Shown here in pieces: positions 58,625 to 64,000 of a stretch of DNA of 64,000 bases. The notes below the pieces were generated by a model that was not told where the DNA came from, did no database searches, and saw only the letters and a list, made by a program, of their open reading frames with translations. How positions within the stretch are numbered: the stretch's first letter is position 1; each line of letters starts with the position of its first letter. The DNA lies in IMG/VR virus record IMGVR_UViG_3300020112_000918, positions 1 to 64,000 of that record; one strand, given 5' to 3'. Origin of the DNA: a virus. Taxonomy: Duplodnaviria; Caudoviricetes. The translations under genes and the position numbers were made by a program.

Positions 58625-59682
58625 TTATTTATACGCTCTAGAAACACAGACTGTAGAGCAGAATTCTCTATTTAGTAAAATCTGAGAAGTAGAAAGCTCT
58701 TTTCCGCAGTATCTACATTTTGAAGTTTTAATAGACCCTTCTTCTTTCTTAAGAACTAAAAACTCATTCTCTGTCCACTTATGAGTCCTAGATAGATGAT
58801 TATGTAAATACATCTTAGAAGGAAATTTTCTACAGCATTTTAAGCATTCAAGCCCTTTTACGTAGTTGATTCCTGTAAACTGCTTTTCCCAAGAAGTTCT
58901 ACTTAAGTCTGGAGGTTCACTTAGTAGATCATTTTTATGTAAGTCGAATTCTTCACTAGAAACTTTTTCTATTTTATAAAGTTTAGTAAGAATTCCTAGT
59001 TTGCTGAACTTTTCAGGAACGGAAACATTCCCTTCTAGCCAATCCCAAAGACTTTCTTTAAAGTAAGAGGCACTGCCTGTAAGCCACTTAGAAAGCCAAT
59101 AGACATTTTCATGATAAGTTTCTTTCCCCGTTTTTATTTCTATGAGCTTCACAGCCTGAAAAGTTCTCTCCTGTCCATGAGCTGTCACCGTGTTAGACAA
59201 AACAATTTTAGATTTAGTTTCTTCCGAAAGAGAACTCCCTAGCCGTTTTTCTGACATCTGTTTAAGAGCTTGTTCAGAAAAACATCCTTGTTTTCCTTTG
59301 TTCCACGCAGAAAGTTCTCCGTTACAGTAACGACTCTTTAAAGTAGAAGACATCTTCTTTAGAGAAAATTCTCCTAGCTTACCTCCATCTCCACCTTGTG
59401 TACAATTATACCCTTTTCCAGAGGTATAAAAACTTTCTTTTTCCTTAATCCAAAATTTTTCTCTTTCATTCAGTTTACTTTCAGGGATTTCTTCTAATAT
59501 AGAAACGAAAAATTTTCTATTCCGTATTTTCTAATAGCAGTATACAAGTAAGCAGTCTCTTGTTCGTTTTTAGAGTTCTCTCTATGACGCTGCCAACGAC
59601 TAAAAATATTTACAGATTTACCTATGTAGATTTTTCCGTTTATTTCATTTCTTATTTGGTAGATTCCGCAAACTTTGTCCAT
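58625..59682 (-). pseudogene. GIY-YIG homing endonuclease split by a -1 frameshift (pseudogene, programmed frameshift or sequence error)
   Basis: GIYQIRN...KIYIGKS...RWQRH in one frame; ILEE...LNEREKFWI...GYNCTQGG, NUMOD3-like segment and C2H2 fingers in the -1 frame. Confidence 0.75.
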
Positions 59683-59740
59683 TAAAAATCCCCCTATGAA
59701 AATAGGGGGACTAAATTAGAGAATTACTTGTTTGCCTTTA

Positions 59741-61615
59741 TTAAGCTACGTCTTCTGTTATAGAAGCTCCGGCTGCAGAATTGATGAAGTTGAACAGGAT
59801 TGTTTCTGACTTAGGTGTAACTTTAATAGCTACAGTAAGAACAAATGCTTCCTGAGCAAGAACATCATCACCGTTGTTTTCGCTGTCGCACTTAATAGCG
59901 TATTCACGAAGAACGTTGTTTGGTGCTGCAAGGAGAGGTTTAAGAATGAGGTCAGCCTTGTTACGAACTGTAGCACGGTGAGCATCATCATTAAACTTGA
60001 TCAACTGATATGGAAGAACTTCGTTGTAGATTCTTTCAACACAGTAGTCAACAATAGCAGAGTAGTCTGCGTAAGAGTAGTTTCCAGCAGATTTGTCTGT
60101 TGAACGACGAGACATAATGATAGGTCCGAAAAGTTCGTTTGGTCCGATAGGATTTACACGACCTGTATCCATAGCCTTTGCTTCGTCTTCTGTACAGTTG
60201 TAGACAAACTCAACGATACGACCCATAGAAAGCTGACCACCTACCTGGTTTTCATCAGCCCATGCACAAGCACGTCCACCGTATGAGTAAACAAGAGCGT
60301 CTGCATATTTAGCAGCAACTTCACCCATAAGAGTAGAAATAAGGTCGCCTGTTGGTTCATAAGGGTTCTGAATATAAGCAGCTCCCCAGAAAGTTTTGAT
60401 ACCGCGGTTGCTCAAAGAGAGAGGAATCTTTGAAAGCATGTCTGCTGCTGTGCAAACAGCCTGTGGATACAAGTAAGTCTTGTATTTTGCAAAGCCGTCA
60501 CGCAAAGCAGAGAAGGCAGTTGGAACAGCTTCATTTGCAGTTGTATCAAAATAAATATCTGTTGGATATTTTTTGATATCTTTAAACTGGTCCCATGCCT
60601 CGGTAAGAAGAGTGCCATCTGGTTCAATACCACGGTAGCCACCCTTGAAGTCTACTAAGTCACTAGAGTCTCCAGCCCAAGTGTCCCATACCATTTCTTC
60701 GCTTTCATTAACCTTTACGAAGATGTTATCATCATCTTTGAAAAGAGTTGGAGCGTAGATGATAAGACCTGAAGCATTCTTTGTTCCCTTTTTGAGAGAG
60801 AATTCTTTAGGATAGCTTGTCATAGGGTAATTGATACCCTTTCTTTTCTGCTGAAGGTCAAGAACCAAGTTTCCTGAGTTTTCAGACTTGTAAACTGCAG
60901 CAGCCATGTAATCATCGCAAGCATAACGCATACCAACAAGACCGTAAACTTTCTTTGTGAGAGCCTTTGTGTTTGTTGTCATACGAATAGAAACAGCCAC
61001 GCCATCAGCAGGAGCAGTTTCAAAAGTAAGAGAAACAGAAACAGCAGATTCTGCAGAAGTTATAGTTCCAGTTACTCCGTCAGCAGAAAGGCTGTAAGCA
61101 TGGTCACTTGCATTCCAAGAAACGCTAAGTTCCTTAGCTACTCCGTTTACAACGTAGTAACATTTTGGCATGTAAGAAGCTGTGTCGCCTGTTGAGAAAG
61201 TTGGGAAAACGTCTGCAGAGAAAGTTGCAGAGAAAGAAACAGTAACTCCGTTTCCTACTCCGGCTTTTGCCTGCATTGGAAGATTTGCAAGGTCGATTGC
61301 ATTTTCATCTTCGCCAACGAAAGTGACTGGCTTAAGACCATTTTCTGTGATAAGTAAACCAGCAGAAGCACCACCTACGTTTGGAGCAGAAATCCAAAGA
61401 GGGTACTTAGTATTGTAAGCAATAGCTTCGAGAACTTCGTAACGAGTTGCACCGAAAAGCTGACGAATACGTTCTGTTTCACCACGATTAATTTTTACAG
61501 GCTTTGTTCTACCTCTGCCACAAGGAAGAACAGTTGCGCCCATTCCAGTAGCTGTTGCTGCACCTACTGAAGCTGACTTGTCGTTCAATTGAACTTTTAA
61601 ACGCCATGAATCCAT
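59741..61615 (-). CDS. contractile tail sheath protein
   Basis: C-terminal RVNPI...FNDDAHRATVRN...YAIKCDSENN...VAIKVTPKSETILFNF. Confidence 0.88.
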   Translation of the reverse strand: MDSWRLKVQLNDKSASVGAATATGMGATVLPCGRGRTKPVKINRGETERIRQLFGATRYEVLEAIAYNTKYPLWISAPNVGGASAGLLITENGLKPVTFVGEDENAIDLANLPMQAKAGVGNGVTVSFSATFSADVFPTFSTGDTASYMPKCYYVVNGVAKELSVSWNASDHAYSLSADGVTGTITSAESAVSVSLTFETAPADGVAVSIRMTTNTKALTKKVYGLVGMRYACDDYMAAAVYKSENSGNLVLDLQQKRKGINYPMTSYPKEFSLKKGTKNASGLIIYAPTLFKDDDNIFVKVNESEEMVWDTWAGDSSDLVDFKGGYRGIEPDGTLLTEAWDQFKDIKKYPTDIYFDTTANEAVPTAFSALRDGFAKYKTYLYPQAVCTAADMLSKIPLSLSNRGIKTFWGAAYIQNPYEPTGDLISTLMGEVAAKYADALVYSYGGRACAWADENQVGGQLSMGRIVEFVYNCTEDEAKAMDTGRVNPIGPNELFGPIIMSRRSTDKSAGNYSYADYSAIVDYCVERIYNEVLPYQLIKFNDDAHRATVRNKADLILKPLLAAPNNVLREYAIKCDSENNGDDVLAQEAFVLTVAIKVTPKSETILFNFINSAAGASITEDVA

Positions 61616-61699
61616 GTTTTATCTCCTTAATTAAAGATTTGTTCTACTAAAGCGTGAGAAATTTCTTCACAGTTTAAATAGGTTTATAAAACAAAAAAT

Positions 61700-62332
61700 C
61701 TAGCAGGATTCAAACTTAGAGTAGTCATACTCTTCATAGTGAGTATGATAAAATTCTGTTTTAAAGATTTTAAAGAGATTAAATCTTTCTCCTACTTTAC
61801 ACTTATTTAAGTGATGGTAAAAAGGAACTTGATATGTTACAAAATCGTTAGGAGTACAATAGTTTCGAATAGTTTTAGCAAATTTGCTATATTTTTTCTT
61901 TGCAAAAGGATTTAAGAGGCAAGCAACACTTCCATAGGTTGTAACTTCATCTAGCTGTCCAAGTCTTGAATAAATATGAATCATAGACAAAACAGACATA
62001 GCTGAACCAAAAGACCAACCTCGAATAATTCTTTTGTAAGTAGGATACTTATGAGCTGCTTCACAAAATTTGTCAATAGGAGTATTTTTAGCAGAGGTGT
62101 AAGCACAAGCGTAGCCCTTAGTTGTCCAAACTTTCTTGCTGTCCAGTTTAAGGGTACAGGGTAAGAATCTAAAATTGTGCTCCCAGTCTTTATGTGAATC
62201 AGATTCTTCGTACTGAAGAATAATCTCTTTTGTTTCATGGTTAACCAAGACTATAAAGTCTATGTCTTCTCCTACTATTTCATAGTCTCGGAAAGTTTTT
62301 ATGTCATAAAATTTCTGTTGCTCTTGAGTCAT
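61700..62332 (-). CDS. class 3 lipase-like alpha/beta hydrolase
   Basis: DWEHNF, GWSFGSA (GxSxG), TTYGS, NDFVTYQVP, C-terminal His. Confidence 0.75.
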   Translation of the reverse strand: MTQEQQKFYDIKTFRDYEIVGEDIDFIVLVNHETKEIILQYEESDSHKDWEHNFRFLPCTLKLDSKKVWTTKGYACAYTSAKNTPIDKFCEAAHKYPTYKRIIRGWSFGSAMSVLSMIHIYSRLGQLDEVTTYGSVACLLNPFAKKKYSKFAKTIRNYCTPNDFVTYQVPFYHHLNKCKVGERFNLFKIFKTEFYHTHYEEYDYSKFESC

Positions 62333-62625
62333 TTACCTACCCCCACAAGATTTCCTTCTTCATCATAGCTGCGTTCTCTTAAAGTAGAAATCTCATCACG
62401 ACATCTCTGACGTTCTATAAGAACTTCAGCTGGAACATCTTTTCCGATTTCCTTAGCACGAATTGCATACCAGTCAGTGTCTTTTAGGTACTGCTCATCT
62501 TTTTCAATTAAATCAACATCTACTCTCTGCTGAGAAATTAAATGAGCTGCAACTTTTTCTTCTGTACTGAGTTCTTCAATGTCTGTTTTAGCAGAATTGA
62601 TTTTATAGCCAGGCTGATGAAACAC
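62329..62625 (-). CDS. tail-fibre-chaperone-like small protein (start uncertain)
   Basis: YLKDTDWYAIRAKEIGKDVP.EV...RQRCRDEI. Confidence 0.55.
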   Translation of the reverse strand: MFHQPGYKINSAKTDIEELSTEEKVAAHLISQQRVDVDLIEKDEQYLKDTDWYAIRAKEIGKDVPAEVLIERQRCRDEISTLRERSYDEEGNLVGVGK

Positions 62626-63910
62626 AGTTTTCTATATGAGATTTTCTTACATCTTCCTGGCAATTAATATCTCCCTGAACGTCTTCTACTTTAACAAAAT
62701 CAAAGATAGCTACATCGGGATTCTTAGTTGTTTTACCATCATAAAAAGTATTTTTACCTATTGAAGCTCCTACTATGAGAACAGGAACTCCAAGTATGTC
62801 TTGTATTCTGGTATGTTTTCTAGAGTCATAAGGCTTAACTACTTTATCTAGCTGCAGCAACATATCAGCTCCGTATATATGAAAAGTTTTATAAAGTTCA
62901 TCAAAATGATACTTTTGTCGGAATCTAGTTGCTTTACAAAAATCTAAAATTCCTTTATAAGAAGCAAGTGAGTGGTCTATTTTGAAGATTTCGTAATCTG
63001 TAAACTGAACGGTATTTTCAAGTGCTCCTTTATCTATTAAAGAACTACACAACCTTTGAATATTTCTAGCTGTGCGTCTTTTTAAGGTAGTCACAGAGTT
63101 TCCTTTAAAGTCTACAAAAGAACGATATCCTAAAGCCTGAACGCAGCTTCTTACACAAGCTAATCGATTTTTGGAAAGATTTAACTTGAGTTCCTCCTTC
63201 ATAAATAGGGGAATTTCTTTGCTAAATTTCTTTAAGTACTCTCTGTCATTAGAAAAGACATAAGTATCATCGCAGAATCTAACAAAATGAAGATGCCATT
63301 TATGCACTATCCAGAGGTCTAGCTCATTTAGATAAAGATTTCCTAACCACTGAGAAGTAAAATTTCCTATAGGAATATTAGTAGGACTGTTAATAGAGTC
63401 TATAATTTTGTCTAAAGTTCTTAATAAAGGAGGATCTTTAATCTTTTTACGAATTATTTCCTTCATCTTTTCATGATTTAATGAAGGATAAAACTTACGA
63501 GCATCTAGCTGAACGTACCATTTGTATTTACGAATGTACTCAACAATTTTGGCATGAGCTGCTTGAGTTCCTCTTCCCTTTATACAAGCAAAAGAATTGT
63601 CCTGCATAAGTTTAGCCCAAAACGGCTCAAGTACATTCATAATTGCATGATGTACCATTCTATCTGGAAAAACAGAAGTTGCATAAATTGTTCGCTCTTT
63701 TGGTTCATGTATGACTTTTATTCTATAAGGGCTAGGAGTGTATTCTTCATTTTTAAGAAGTCTTAAAACTTCATCTTCATAGTAAACATGATTTTCACCT
63801 ATCTCTTTTATTTCTCTATAAAAACCCTTGCCCAAAGTACACTTGTGGTAGGCTTTGGCTATATTTTCAGGTGTACAGATTTCTTCCCAAAAGCCAGTTT
63901 TTCTTTTCAT
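62603..63910 (-). CDS. DGR-type reverse transcriptase 2 with C-terminal extension
   Basis: EPKERTI, PDRMVHHAI, ACIKGRG, LDARKFYPS, IPIGNFTSQWLGNLYL, VRFCDD. Confidence 0.88.
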   Translation of the reverse strand: MKRKTGFWEEICTPENIAKAYHKCTLGKGFYREIKEIGENHVYYEDEVLRLLKNEEYTPSPYRIKVIHEPKERTIYATSVFPDRMVHHAIMNVLEPFWAKLMQDNSFACIKGRGTQAAHAKIVEYIRKYKWYVQLDARKFYPSLNHEKMKEIIRKKIKDPPLLRTLDKIIDSINSPTNIPIGNFTSQWLGNLYLNELDLWIVHKWHLHFVRFCDDTYVFSNDREYLKKFSKEIPLFMKEELKLNLSKNRLACVRSCVQALGYRSFVDFKGNSVTTLKRRTARNIQRLCSSLIDKGALENTVQFTDYEIFKIDHSLASYKGILDFCKATRFRQKYHFDELYKTFHIYGADMLLQLDKVVKPYDSRKHTRIQDILGVPVLIVGASIGKNTFYDGKTTKNPDVAIFDFVKVEDVQGDINCQEDVRKSHIENCVSSAWL

Positions 63911-64000
63911 TAGAATGCCTAAAAATAACGACTGTTCTTCAACTAAACTCTTAAAGGATTTTTCGATTCATTATCTACTAAATTATCTTTAAAACACTCT

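Noticed and set aside
63981-63994. Partial match (AATTATCTTTAAAA) to the 25-bp repeat
   Set aside because: It is AT-rich, lacks the CCTATTT core and faces opposite to the local genes
1-64000. Stop-codon reassignment
   Set aside because: Conserved genes are full length in code 11, and TAG and TGA end genes normally

Overview
This is a 64-kb segment of a large, AT-rich, contractile-tailed (myovirus, probably jumbo) phage genome read in the standard genetic code; a Treponema-like GroEL suggests a spirochaete host. Genes run on + to about 49.9 kb and on - after that. It carries a sigma factor, replication/recombination genes (DHH, RecA, SbcCD, RNase HI, primase, NAD ligase, UvsY-like), a seven-gene thymidine hypermodification cluster, GroEL and GroES, scattered baseplate/tail/lysis genes, three free-standing homing endonucleases, one complete diversity-generating retroelement (DGR) and the RT of a second DGR. 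The most unusual signals are: (1) recA fractured by an atypical split intein with a 13-aa N-fragment around a nuclease gene; (2) a ~460-nt ornate, pseudoknotted non-coding RNA candidate with its own promoter; (3) a strongly over-represented, transcription-oriented TACGGGG(C) motif found in all reading frames; (4) two phage promoter classes (GGAATTATAA and CCTATTT), with leaderless genes and promoters nested in anti-SD hairpins; (5) unrelated proteins sharing an N-terminal LxE tag; (6) an overprinted spanin-like gene pair starting at one ATGTG. All calls come from reading the sequence by eye; no database searches were run.
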